DNA of 64,000 nt. Source: Ophelia neglecta (Eukaryota). Location: positions 18,042,001 through 18,106,000 of the forward strand of contig OZ260663.1 of assembly GCA_965285935.1 (NCBI GenBank), written 5' to 3'. The notes beneath the pieces were generated by a model. It was not told where the DNA came from. It worked only from the letters and a program-made list of their open reading frames with translations, and ran no database searches. The position numbers and the translations under genes were made by a program. This document shows positions 51,990-64,000 of this stretch, piece by piece; positions within the stretch are counted from its first letter, which is position 1, and each line of letters begins with the position of its first letter.

Positions 51990-52708
51990 TAAGCAAATAA
52001 TCTAGATGACTATAGTATTTTGATCAAGAGCTTCTAACTGGCTACATTCATGCCAAATTTTACGAAAACCGGTCAATAAACAGCTGAGATAGAGCAATTT
52101 GAACTTTTCAAGGTCATGGCGTGACCTTGATTTTTAAAGTACATCAACCAGATTAAATAAGTCCCAAGACCTTCTAACTGTCTACATTCATGCCAAATTC
52201 TACTCGAATTGCTTAATTGTTGAAGTTTTCAATGTCATGGTGTGACCTTGATTTTTCAAAATAGGTGAAAAAGATTATAATTGATCAAAACAGCTTCTAT
52301 CTGGCTACATTCATGCACAATTTACATTCATGCACACTTTAACGGAAATCCTTCCATAAACGGCTGAGATACAAGCGTTTGAAATTTTCAAGGTCACACT
52401 TTGACATTGACCTTTCACAATAGGTCAACCCGATTATTTTGCACAAATGATTTTATAACTGGCTACATTCGTACCAAATAATATGGAAATTGTTCAATAA
52501 TCAGCCGAGATATAGCAATTTTAAATTTTCACGGTCAGCCAAAAGGTAATGGTCTTCAGCCATTGTCCTATTCTAGCTTCTCACCACATTTCATCGAAAT
52601 CGGCCCAGTGATTCTTGAGATATCATGCGGACAGAAGCACAGACACACACACAGACACACACACAGGACAAAAAACATAATATTTGCCCCCTATGGGGCA
52701 ATGATAAT
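51990..52708 (+). mobile_element. Helentron/HINE-like non-autonomous element with internal tandem units
   Basis: Four ~120-160-bp units anchored on CTGGCTACATTCATGCCAAA and AAGGTCA..TGACCTT (~52038, 52178, 52301, 52459), then a (CA/CAGA) microsatellite and a terminal hairpin TTGCCCC-CTAT-GGGGCAA at 52684-52701. Confidence 0.6.
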
Positions 52709-53184
52709 CACAAGAATCCATGCCTACCTTCGATTTGCCCGGGTATGAGCATACCTGCTCTCATCCTTGCAAAATCAGGTAGAAATGACCATCCTTGGAA
52801 GGATACCCGGACAAAAATACTTGTCATATTACGTACATATACATATAACTGATGCACCATCTGGTTGTCTCGGTAAAATAATGATTTATTACATTGACTG
52901 AATGACTTCTAAATGTGATTGAAATGGCACACACGTATACATTCTGGAGACAAATATAACCCACCTGTTTGGCCAATATTAGGAAGGAACTGTTGTGTTC
53001 CTACAACAATTATAATGACATACAATATCCACATCAAGACAAGACAAGCCAGTCCAAGTAAATAGTTGAATAAATCAAACAACGTATTCAACCAGCTTGT
53101 GAGATTGCTTCCTTGTTTATTTTTAGAAGCTACATGTATGTTCAACAGTCTATACGTTCATGCCTTGTTGCACACATGTATCTA

Positions 53185-54066
53185 TAGGGTGGCGCAGAAA
53201 AATCTGTGCCTCTGTGTAGATGGTATGTGGTGTGAAATAAATAACCGTGTGCTTTATTTGATGTTTTCTTCTCAAAGCTATAAACATTTGGCCACGAATG
53301 GTTTATATATGAGATCGTCACATTAAAGAAATAAAGAATTAGGTCGATTTTGCTTTTGGTCTCAAACCATGTCCTGCAATGGCGGTTCTTCCTTGTTACA
53401 GTAACTAATAAACCAATATTGAAGGAACTAATCTTTCACTAGGTAACGGTGAATACAAACAAAAACGGAATGCTTTGTAAATGCCTGAGACGACATGGTC
53501 AATGACGCCATTACATGTGTTGGCGGGAAATCCGTCTTTCGCACTTATCTCTACTATTATTATTTAAACAATCTGTATAATCAAGTTTTGCTATCTGTTT
53601 AATGTATATCAGTAAGCACTTATTTGAAGTCAGCACAGGTAGCTTACTTGTCTGGAACTTTGATTGTTACTCGTGCTGATTTCTCAGATGAGGCATCCGG
53701 ACGCTGGCATATTTCAGGCAATGATACCCTATGTATGTATGGACGAGAAGGTGCCGGATTGGTTTGGGGCCAACTACTGATTCTAGAAAGTTTTAAATGA
53801 AAAATGTCAGAGAAAGCCAATGACATCGATTAAAAAACTTTGGTTATTAATATATGCTGACTTGTTCATCTTAGAAATGTTCATTGGACATTTTTGGTGA
53901 ATCATTTAAATATGAGATGGCCAGCTCCATCAAGCATCAGGTAAAAATCATCAAAATGTGTTTAAGGATAAATCCCTGGTGGTTCTAAAAATACAGCTCA
54001 TAGAATGCATTGCTGCTATATGAGGACGTGCTATAAGATGAGATACGCTTTTTTTGCACCACCCTG
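53185..54066. mobile_element. Non-autonomous Tc1/mariner-type element (~880 bp)
   Basis: ta|TAGGGTGGCGCAGAAAAA ... TTTTTTTGCACCACCCTG|ta: imperfect TIRs with TA flanks. No transposase ORF seen. Confidence 0.6.
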
Positions 54067-55888
54067 TATATGGTAGAATTTTAACGTCTTCCTACCTGTC
54101 GTGACTTATAAAAAAAACATCTGTCTAGATGCGTGTTGTCAGGGGGGCAATGTAGTGATAAGGTTTAAAAGGCATAAAGGCATGTAGGATTGTAAACAAC
54201 ATCATACTGGCGATAACGATAGTCTTTATAATAGTGCCTGGTTTTCATGCAGGTCCTCTTGCCAGAATTACCCTATGATGAAAACTCAGAAAGAGTAAGC
54301 TTGTTGTCGGGAGATAAATGAAGTTATCCGCCTTTTGGACACATTCGATATGCAGCAGCTAAAAACACCGAAGAACTACCAATATGTATAACTGATCACC
54401 CGGGCTTCTATCCATTCTGGATGAATAGGCATTCCTTGACTTCAGGTTACAACCCGTTCAAACAGATTTTATGATGTACACGTATCACTGTCAGTCAATA
54501 AAAAAATACTTCACCTTGGGTTAATGTTATGTACATAAGTTTCTCTTCTCAGTTTTTTGTTCTTCATTTAAATTTCTATTGAAAGGCAGTATCTGTCTGC
54601 ATGTTGAACGAAAAATGCACCCTTTTCTCTCTCTATTGTATACTGGAGGGGGGGGGGGGCGGCTATTTAATTGATGTGTGTGTATGTGGGGGAAGGAGGG
54701 GGGGGGGAATAAAAAGTATGTGCCTATTCATGAGCAGCGGGGTAGGGGGGTCATTAATATTCCTTTTACTTTGGTGGTGCTTGTGTTAGTGGCTATGTGT
54801 GCGTATATGTCGGGGGTTGGGGAGTTATTTTTATTGTGTTACTATAAATGGGAGGCGGGGGAGGGGGGGTCATCAATATTTCTTTTTCGATGGTGATCAG
54901 TGTGTGTGTGGGTGTGGGTTGTGTGTGTGTTGGGGGGGGGGGGGGGTGCAATGAAACTCTCTCGCACCCCAAACCATTTCCAATAGAAGATCCTTTTGGA
55001 CTTCATAGCCAACATTATTTCACTGTTTTGATATACACTTAGTTTCTATAATGACCTAGTTCTGCCTTTAAACGCAGCTGTTTTGACACTCCTAGCGAAA
55101 TATAGTGCACGTGGACAATAAGGGCTTATCATTTACTATATTGCCAAAGACATGTTTATATTTCGATTTATATTTGTTTTTGCTTTTATGGCATAGTTTG
55201 CACTGTAACTTTTTATATATGTGAAAATATAGGACTGTTTTTTATATATTAGATATAAATTGAACAAAAGGTGTGTTGCAATAGGCAATACTTTAGATTT
55301 AAGCTTCCTAGTAGGTGTCACTCCTTTAATAATTAATTAACATAAATAGTACATCTTACGTATATTTCTACTGAAACATGGTTCTCATGAATTAATAGAG
55401 TAATAATTGTTGATAAACATAGTACATGTGTATAAAAGCATGCCTGCTCTTCCTGTCCAAACCTTTTATACAGTAAGTATCAGTTATGGCAAGTTTGATT
55501 TAGTTTGATGCCATTTGCAGCAGACATTTATTATTCTCTTCACTGTTGTTTCATAAGCCACAGCGAATAAAGAGTTAAGAGCTATTTCATAAAAAAAAAA
55601 GGTTTGGGGAAGAAAAACATATTCGGAATTCGAGGGGAGGGGGTGGGATGCCTCAAAGGATTAAAATTAGGGTCGAAAGACATTGAAGTCGATTTCTAAT
55701 TTTCTATATTGATATTCGCCGACATGATTTTCCTTCAAACGTTAAAATGGGCCTGTTTTATCCACACACTTATCCGTCTCACTTCTAGTGTTGGTAGAGT
55801 GGTAACCCGTTAGTGACACTAGGCCTACATTTCACTTGTAACAGAGCATCAATTATTGCAAATTATGATACATTTCTGCACTTGAAGG

Positions 55889-56280
55889 TACTGTAAAATC
55901 CTTAAATTTCGCGACCCTTTTATTCCGTGAATTGAATGGGCAGAGTCAAAACAGCAAAATTTAAGTGCTCGCGATAATTAAGGACCTTGGAAAGGGTGTT
56001 GACAGTAGCTTTAGAACGCCAAAATAAAGGTAAGCGAAATAAAGTGAAACCTGTAAATAAAGACCACCAAAGGGACTGGAGAATAATGGGTTGATTTTTT
56101 TGAGGTGGTCTGTTTAGACAGGTCATCTTACATTGAAAGTATATAGCATACTCATCATATTGGTGGTCTTAATTGACAGGTAGTCTGATTATAGAGGTGT
56201 TCTTTATGGCAGATTTCACTGTAAGTTGAAGGTCAAACCCACGGATATTTAGGGCCGCGAAATATAAGGGGCTGGAATAG
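55889..56280. mobile_element. Nested MITEs: CAGTGAAACCTG-family copy (56042-56221) inside a TACTGTAAAATCC...CGCGAAA-type element
   Basis: The outer left end TACTGTAAAATCCTTAAATTTCGCGACCCT is mirrored by AGGGCCGCGAAATATAAGGGG on the right. The inner element is ta|AAGTGAAACCTG...CAGATTTCACTG|ta. Confidence 0.6.
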
Positions 56281-59200
56281 GGTCGGATAAATAAATCCTA
56301 AATCGACATCGGGAAAACTTTTAAAATCGAACTTCGTTATATAATTAAGGAACCGAGGTCTGACCAATTTCTAAATTCAGGACTTCAGGACTCGGGGGCT
56401 GGCCATATTCTTGGTGTGGGAGAAGGGGGGGGGGATCAGAAGTTTGTTAAATCTTTGAAGTTATATTAATTTTTCTGATGAAACAGCATTTTGACCATCT
56501 GCTAAATGGCAAGACATTTAGCATGTTGTCAGTGTAGTTACTGAAGTGAGTGAGAGCAGGGAGGGTTTTTGCAAGGAGGAGTGCCCCTGGGGGAAAATAC
56601 CATATTTTACCCGCGCAAATATGATCGAATTTCATTACTTTTTTTTTAGCTAATTGGGGTTATTTGGCTTCTCTCCTTGAAACATTTAATACTTAAGAGT
56701 GAAAATACGAGAAGAGGGGCATCATTTGTCTTTCCTGCCAAATTTAAACAATATTTAAAAAGAGTGTGTTCCCTTTCAGTGTTCAATGGAGGGTCATGTA
56801 CTAAATGTTGTCCTGCCAGATGTTCCACATATGTGAGAGCTCAATTCCTGGTAAATTAAGGGCACAGACATTATTTGAATCACGAGGAGGACAATTTGAA
56901 ATGGATATTTTCCTGGTTCCCAGTGGATACTATTATTCTGTATTGGGTATATATGCAGCTTTTTGTCGTGTGAAAGATATTCAACATGTGAGATTATTAT
57001 GTGCCTCTGGGCATATACTTCAATTGTGAATAAATAATTGAATATATAAATTCCTAAGGATACCTTTACCTATATGATTTTATATATATACCACTACTTC
57101 ACATTCAAAATTGTTTAAACACAACTAACCTCAAGTTATGGTCATAAATTACACTACTAATGTGGCTAAAACTCTTAGACAATAGGCGAATTTATGCTAA
57201 TGAACAACTTTCTACAATATGTGTCTGACCGCTATTGAACTGGGTGAACGTGTGTGTGTTTAGACTCAGTCCTGTGTTTGTCTGGTTTGCTCCCATAGAC
57301 AGACGATAACACAGATGTGGCTAGACTTAATGCTCATTTTTATACGCAAACCCGCAAGCTATTTTCTTTCTGGTATCATTTAACTGGCCTGCTATAAAAA
57401 ATCACTAAACTAGATTGGGAAAATATTACATTTGTACTTTTATTCACTCAGTTTACATCATTTGTGCAAACGTTAGATATCAATGTTGATACAATTTGTG
57501 ATAAGTTGGACTGGTATCCAAATTACAGGCAACAAATATACATCCGTTGCACTAGCGAGGTGGCGAATTCCTCCCGCCCGAGAAGCGGCGGCGATCTCCA
57601 AATTTAGGAATGAAACCGTCATTTTTTCCTACGTTTTGAACTCGGATCGATCTTATACTTTTACACATTATTCAGGTATTTGTTAGGCACACATTAATAA
57701 TAACACGTTATCGTTGTTTATTATTAATTATGAGACATTACCATTAGGAAAGCTTCATTTTACGTGGGCGATAAAACAGCCTAACCACTGAGTGGTGACG
57801 TTAGAGCCTTGGCGAGAGTCCACAAAAGAAGGGGCAGTCTGCTAATGATGAGCCGATTGGTAGTGTTTCCATTTGGTACATACAGTATACGATCTGTACA
57901 TGTTCATTAGTGACGTAAAGCCGGGTGGTACGATTATAATGATTAACCTTTAAATGCACTTACTAATACATATTCCCCCCAAATAGCTAAATTCCAAGAT
58001 TTGACTACAAAAACGTGTATAAAATGTTTATTTTGATCATATTGTTTTTCGAGAAAATTGGATAAATATTGCGTAGCGTGACGAAAGTCGGCAAATACAT
58101 ATCGGCCAGCTTCACAAGCATAAGTAGTATTACCTAGCAGTCTTCTGGTGCCGATCACTGTTATAAAATACACATACTACCCGATAAGACTTAACTGAAT
58201 ATTTTACATACCGTCAAATTATTATCGATTATTAAAGTTGCAATCTATAATAAGAGTAGGAGGAGGGAGGAGGAGGGGGGATGAAAAAGGGAGGGGGGGG
58301 GGGTGCTTTAAGATCTGAAAATAGTCTCGGATGGGTTGTCGAAATCGGTGTATTAACTATAAAAAAAATCAGAGATCTATGGCAGTGCTTAGAAGTGTAT
58401 AAACCTAATGTAGATACATGATTAAATGAAGTCAATATTGGGGTTTCTACTCATGTTAGGCCTGACCATACTGCCTATCAGGCCGACAGAGCCTACCTAC
58501 ACATCTATTTCAGATATATGGTATACTTGGAGAATTTCTTCTCAACCGATCCAACCCCCCCCCCCCCTCCCCAAATGGAGACGTTTAAATTGGCGCTGTG
58601 AGAATTAAATACCCTGTTGTTTGACTCCAAATAAATTAGTGCGACTAGCTGTACAACAATACCACTTGGATAGTCACTATCACTATCCTACAAAGAGCTA
58701 TGATTTTTTTCGATCAAAATATCATTTGGAAACTCTTGTTGTACAAAGAGTTTTGTGCTTTTTTTTACCAAGACATGAGGGCCATTATACCGGGTTACAT
58801 TGAAAAGCTGAAGAGCCAACGGGAATTTTTGTATGTTTTCTGGTCTCCGTCTGTCCCTGTCAGTAGCTTTTGGTTGTCTGACCGACTATGGGCGGATCTG
58901 ATCACATGTATCTTTAATAGGTATCAGTCATTTGATATTTAATAATCACCATTGGCGTCGTCGAGATAAAGTAGTTGTAGCCTATAAATTTGTAAAACAG
59001 GAACTAGTACTAAAGTTTGCATTGTGTATTATTAAACCCTTTATGTATTGAAGGGCCTCATTGGCCCTGGCAAGGTTAATATCCATGTACCATTGATCGG
59101 TCATTTGTACATCAAATACTGACGACCTTATGAAAACTATTTTTCGTCAAATGATCAGGAGTATCACATTTGGTGTTGAACATTTATTATTATGAAATTA

Positions 59201-59764
59201 ATGCACATTTTAACAAGATGAATTTGCAAAGCTTATTTATAAGTTGGATCAAAAGAATATAATTGACATATTTTTATGCTATAACAACGAAGAAAAAATT
59301 AAGGATGTTGTATCAGTAAACAAATAATTTGGATCTCACAATACATATTGATTATATAATGGAACAAATAATGTCATGTTTCGGGTAACATGGTGAATTA
59401 TGGCTCCCGAGGGTTTATGTCCCACAGCGCTGTCTGTGACTCTCGATCTGCGGCCTCGGGATAGAGTACTTAGTGGCATATTCCCCAGGGGATGATTATT
59501 CGCCCTTTTGCCCTACATGGCAGTCATTATTTGCTTACTTATGTTATTAGTGATTCTGTGTTTTTATCCCCTATAAAATACGCAAATCAATGAACGTTGG
59601 ACAATGCACTCTGTTAGCCGACGGCACACTAGAAAACCATCAATCCGCCTTTTACCAGTACAAACACATAAAAAGACAATTCTACAACATGCGATTATAA
59701 AGTACTTTTATACTTAGCACAAATACAAGATGTATTAATAGACAAAGAGTCAGTTGTCAACAAA

Positions 59765-62672
59765 TTAGCTTTGTTTGACCTTTTTATCATCGACTTGACG
59801 CAGATTTATCTCTTCATAAACCCCAGCTGCCTGGAGTCCAGCGTACACGTGTACGTTAGGAGTGTCTGCTCTTTCATTCCCTAAATAATAAATACAGCAA
59901 ATTTTAAAGGTTTATCATTTAAACAAGAGAAACCTTTCGAAAGAGCATACTTTCCCTTACATTATATCATAATTTGAATTAAACGTATTGGGTATGAACT
60001 TGTCCGAACAGACAATGTAGAATAAATTCACCGTAAATATTGGCTGTATTAGGCGTATCATATGTTACATGCTCCTGGTTTGATTGAAGGTAACTAACGT
60101 CTTCTTCAGGTAAAGTGTCCTGGTTTGATATATTTCCTTCATTTTCCTTGTTCATTTGCAGATTTTTTTTCCTTGATCCCCTCAATCTGTAGGATATTGG
60201 CTTTAATTAAGCACGTTTTTCGATGTTATGTGAAAACCATATACACCAATGCCTGCAGTATGCCTATGAACGTTAGCTTGGAGTACATGACTCCGATATT
60301 TTGACAAACACGTTAAAGGTCTTTCTAGGTAAATGTTGCTTTAAAATGTTCATTGAACTGCAATTGATATAAAACATGTTCGTACCTAAGGAGTAATATC
60401 ACTACAGTTATACCGAGAGCCAGGAAGAGCACACCGCCAACAACACTGCTGATTATCAGTGTAATGACTCTGTCATCGTTTGATGTGGATTCTGCCGTGA
60501 AAATGCTTGGTATCAATAATTATCAATTTTCGTTTGTTTTTATTCCATCGTTCACTGAATAGTTTGAACTTTGATACTTAGATCAGTCTGTTAATGTATA
60601 ACATACTTACCTGGTATCGATGATGTAATGGCATTTCCCACACTTGTTTTCGTTCTGCTCTCCTCGATCGTACCATTAAGATGACGTCTTAATATGACCA
60701 TTATAAAATAGTATGTGATGCTTGGTCTGAGTCCTTCAACCAGGACTTGTATCTGCCAGGGGAATGTGTCAATCCTAGGTCTCGTGTGTATTAGTAGCGT
60801 ATCATTATACTCCGATACGTATATTCCTGCTCCATAACGATGTGTCAAATTGGGCAGAATGGTGTCATATTCTTTCCACTTCAGAGTTATGCTGTTGGTT
60901 GTTGTGCGGTCGACTATTGGTATATGTTCTTGGTGGGACATTACGTCGACATACGCTTCGATAAAACACAAGCCATGTTAATTTCATATAGAAAGTAAGC
61001 TTTACCAAGAGAGTAATTGAGATTAAGTCTTATTTAATCATCTTAAGTTTAGTTTATCATGAGCACAATAACATTTTTTTTTTAGATTATCATTTAGCGC
61101 CATTTCACATCATCGTTTTGAAGTTTGGACCTCCTCGTTGACTTACGTATTTCTCCGTCACATTGCTCCCCGTAGTACCAGGTCTGGTATTGAGGTTCGT
61201 TACATCCCGACTTACAGTTCCCGTTGTTATTATGACATACATCTGGGTAGTTGATTTGTAAACAGTTCTCATTACAGGAATATCGACAGTTGTCTCCGTA
61301 CCGACCAGGTTGACATGCTGATAAAATAAAACAAATCAAAATAGACATTAAATGAATGTTCCATCGGCGATAATCTGGTTGGGCTAATTGTAGAACTACG
61401 ATTTTGAGAAGTAAGATAGTTACATTCGGTACATGCTGGGTACAATACTCCCGGATTACATCTGCTACAACCGGTAAGGTCATTACAAAGAACAAGAGCG
61501 GGACAGGCAGAGCAGTCTGAAGAAGAATAGAGGGAAGCAGTGCCAACAATCCCCAGAAAACAATATCAGTTTTGACTTTATTTGTTTATAACAAAGCTTT
61601 TATTCTGATATTTATCCCATTTGTAGCTTTCAATAGTCAGCCGGCATAAACAATCAAGTTATTCAAGTGTCATATTTTCTCTGCCAATTACTGTGGATAT
61701 AATGTTACTAAAGGTTGAAATTGCACATATTGTTAATTGTTTTGATCTTTTGCTGGCATGTACAAAAGACGAGTAACCCTTTTGTGGCTGAGTGTTAAGT
61801 CTTAAAATGTAGATTAATACTGGCATCAAAGTGGAATCCATATTAATCTAGCTGTCAATCAATCCGCCAAATGTTGCAAACTGCAAAGAAAATCCAAATG
61901 TACCTATTGGTTTATATCCTTGCACGACTGCCTCACAAATAGTCATATATTGTTTTTCAAATCCGTCGGCATCCCTCAGGATAGAGACGTATCTCCCAGT
62001 GACAGGTCTGTCACACACTATGATATCATGACCAGCTGCGGGTACCGGGCCTTCATACTGTTTACAGAGCGCAGATTGATACACGTCACTTAAGTTTCCT
62101 ACACCCAAGCGGAATCCACCTAAACGTTCTGGTAAAAATAAAGATAACTTATAATCTGCTATAAGAATAGGAAACTTATATATCGTCCATTAATGTTCAA
62201 ACATAGTCATGGGGTCATTAAACTAAGATATTTATTTGGTATGGACATTGTCTCTGCTGCAAATATGTCTATAGCAAAACATATATATGTGTCGTTCTAT
62301 AAAACAGAGACTAAAATTAAGCTATAACAAGGCACCTGCGCCAAAAACTTATCTGGCAATTGAAATGTTCATATTATAAATTCATGTTATTTAATTATTC
62401 AATCATGCTCTGTTCGACACTATTTCAATTTTAAGACCTACTATATGCTGGATCGCTGTCGAAATTTTTCTCCCTGTTATAAAGAGTGACACGGACTACT
62501 GTGTATTCCTCCCCGAGATCCACATACCACCAAGCTCGCCGTGATTCATCCAGTAGCCCTTGGTGTGCACATTTGAGATTATCAGTGGTGATTAAACCAT
62601 CAACGGCCAGGTAGGCTCCCAACACACCAAGTGTGTCACTTTGAGATGCTTGTTTATTGAGAGCGAGGTTTC
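59765..62672 (-). CDS. Gene C (5' exons beyond window): F-type lectin - EGF-like x2 - FN3 - TM - short tyrosine-motif tail, no phosphatase domain
   Basis: Exons 62442-62672, 61904-62128, 61424-61516, 61147-61317, 60611-60955 (same sizes as gene B: 231, 225, 93, 171, 345 nt), then 60386-60491 (TM), 60032-60186 and 59765-59880 (stop TAA). All are GT-AG and phase-consistent. Tail: RLRGSRKKNLQMNKENEGNISNQDTLPEEDVSYLQSNQEHVTYDTPNTANIYGNERADTPNVHVYAGLQAAGVYEEINLRQVDDKKVKQS*. Confidence 0.88.
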
Positions 62673-64000
62673 CTGAAACCAGACCCAGATTGTAATATCA
62701 GCTTGGTAATCTTAGTGAATGAAGTTTATGTTAATGTTTTTTTTTTCTAAAATGGAGACTGAATTATCTTTGCTATATCTAATATCAAAGACGGATATTG
62801 GGCCTAAATTTGAACGCACCATGAACATTTATCACTTAACGCGAAATGACATTGAATTTGTTTGGCACAAAAACATTCCCGTTATAACGAAACTCTGTAT
62901 TTCCGTTCATGTCATTTGGCATGCGTGCAGTAAAACCTGTAATACAGTGTTGCGCTGTTGACAAACAGAATATTAAATTTATTTCAGGAGAGGTATCTAT
63001 TGAAAGAAGCAATGGTCCCTTTCAGTCGCAGAGTCTATTGAAAGAAAGAAAGTTCCCTTTCAGTTGAGATGTCTATTGAAAGAAAAAATGATCCCTTTCA
63101 CCTGAAATGTCCATTGGCCTGGTGGCGAAACAAAAAAATACAACAAAAAAACAAATCACTTATATGCACGCTTTCTAACACGTTTGAAGTGATTTATACT
63201 GCAACATTAAATGTCCCACACATGTAACAATGATATGCACATAATCACTCTCTGATTTGCCAGCATATTAATTCAATAACTTAATAACAAACAGTGTTCG
63301 TATGGACGAGCTTTAACGTTTAGCGATTCTTTGCTTCGTTATTTGCTTAGTTCTGGGATCTCTAATCCTTGCTTTGTTAAAGGACCAAGTAGCATCCACT
63401 CACAGAGTACACATCTATGTCATTTGTACAATGCGATATTGGGAGACATACTAGGGCTATGGTGTTTTGTTTTTGTCTCATTTTCTAGTCTGACTAATTA
63501 GTATGTACGCTATCATTCGCAGCCACGATGTAAACCACAAGATTCATTTGATAAACGAACCTGAAAAGTTCGCTAAGTGGTGATTGTATCTTTTTCATCT
63601 AGATATGACCAATATTCAAATGAAACTTTAAGTGTTGCGTTCTAAACTAAGATAGATTGGAGTACAATTAATCATTTAAGACAAATAAATCTACATTTTG
63701 CTGTAAAATAAAACACAAAGCGAAACGTATTAACTGAACGAAATTTCATTTTTATCCATTGGCATTATTTGAATATGATTATGCACACATGTCCATCCAT
63801 TTAAGATTAACACAAGAAAATAAATGAACCAATTAAAATAAGAATAGTATTATTGTGTATCCCCGTATTTTGAAGGTGTTTAACACCTGTAATGATGTTT
63901 AAGAAAATGAAGTAGCGTAACTCTGGGCCAAAATCCACTATTGTATAAACAATGGGGCCATTTTGAATTAATGAAAATAACAACATTCCAATGTGAAGTC
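60611..64000. repeat. Segmental duplication of the gene B ectodomain region (44463-49012), including introns
   Basis: Colinear exons and alignable introns, e.g. AAACAATGGGGCCATTTTGA at ~48967 and ~63947. Homology stops right after the FN3 exon donor. Confidence 0.9.

Noticed and set aside
51990-52560. Regularly spaced repeats resembling a CRISPR array
   Set aside because: Eukaryotic context, units are homologous along their length with no unique spacers, and there are no cas genes. They are tandem units inside a transposon.
54600-55042. Gly/Cys/Val-rich ORFs
   Set aside because: They arise from poly-G and (GT)n low-complexity sequence; no splice or domain support.
50600-59700. Missing PTP exons of gene C
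   Set aside because: No PTP motifs (DYINA, FWxM, YWP, WPD, HCSAG) were found by eye or in the ORF track; the region holds repeats and low-complexity G-rich tracts.

Overview
AT-rich, intron-rich animal DNA; gene content and repeat types suggest a marine invertebrate, probably a lophotrochozoan (inference). All genes I can recognise are on the minus strand and were rebuilt by hand from splice sites and intron phases. (1) Two tandem 4-exon Rdx-family selenoprotein genes (SelW2/MIEN1-like) at 5949-10503 and 13857-17773. Each has an in-frame UGA in a CxxU motif, a canonical 3'UTR SECIS and a C-terminal CAAX box (CTIL). (2) A tandem cluster of three F-type-lectin (fucolectin)/EGF type I receptors. 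Gene A (19758-32555) and gene B (37629-50484) end in tandem PTP domains (D1 looks active, D2 degenerate). Gene C (59765 to beyond 64000) has an ectodomain closely related to B, introns included, but no phosphatase. Instead it has a ~90-aa tail with five tyrosines (YLQS, YDTP, YGNE, YAGL, YEEI) including an ITAM-like pair. This looks like a paired glycan-receptor system (phosphatase versus kinase/adaptor-recruiting), with B/C divergence concentrated in the lectin ligand-binding exon; it is the main candidate for an undescribed system. (3) A possible decayed membrane-protein gene at ~155-3973 (low confidence). (4) Many MITEs, a foldback element with an 8-bp TSD, a tRNA-derived SINE, LINE 3' ends and a Helentron/HINE-like element. 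No database searches were run, so novelty is unverified.
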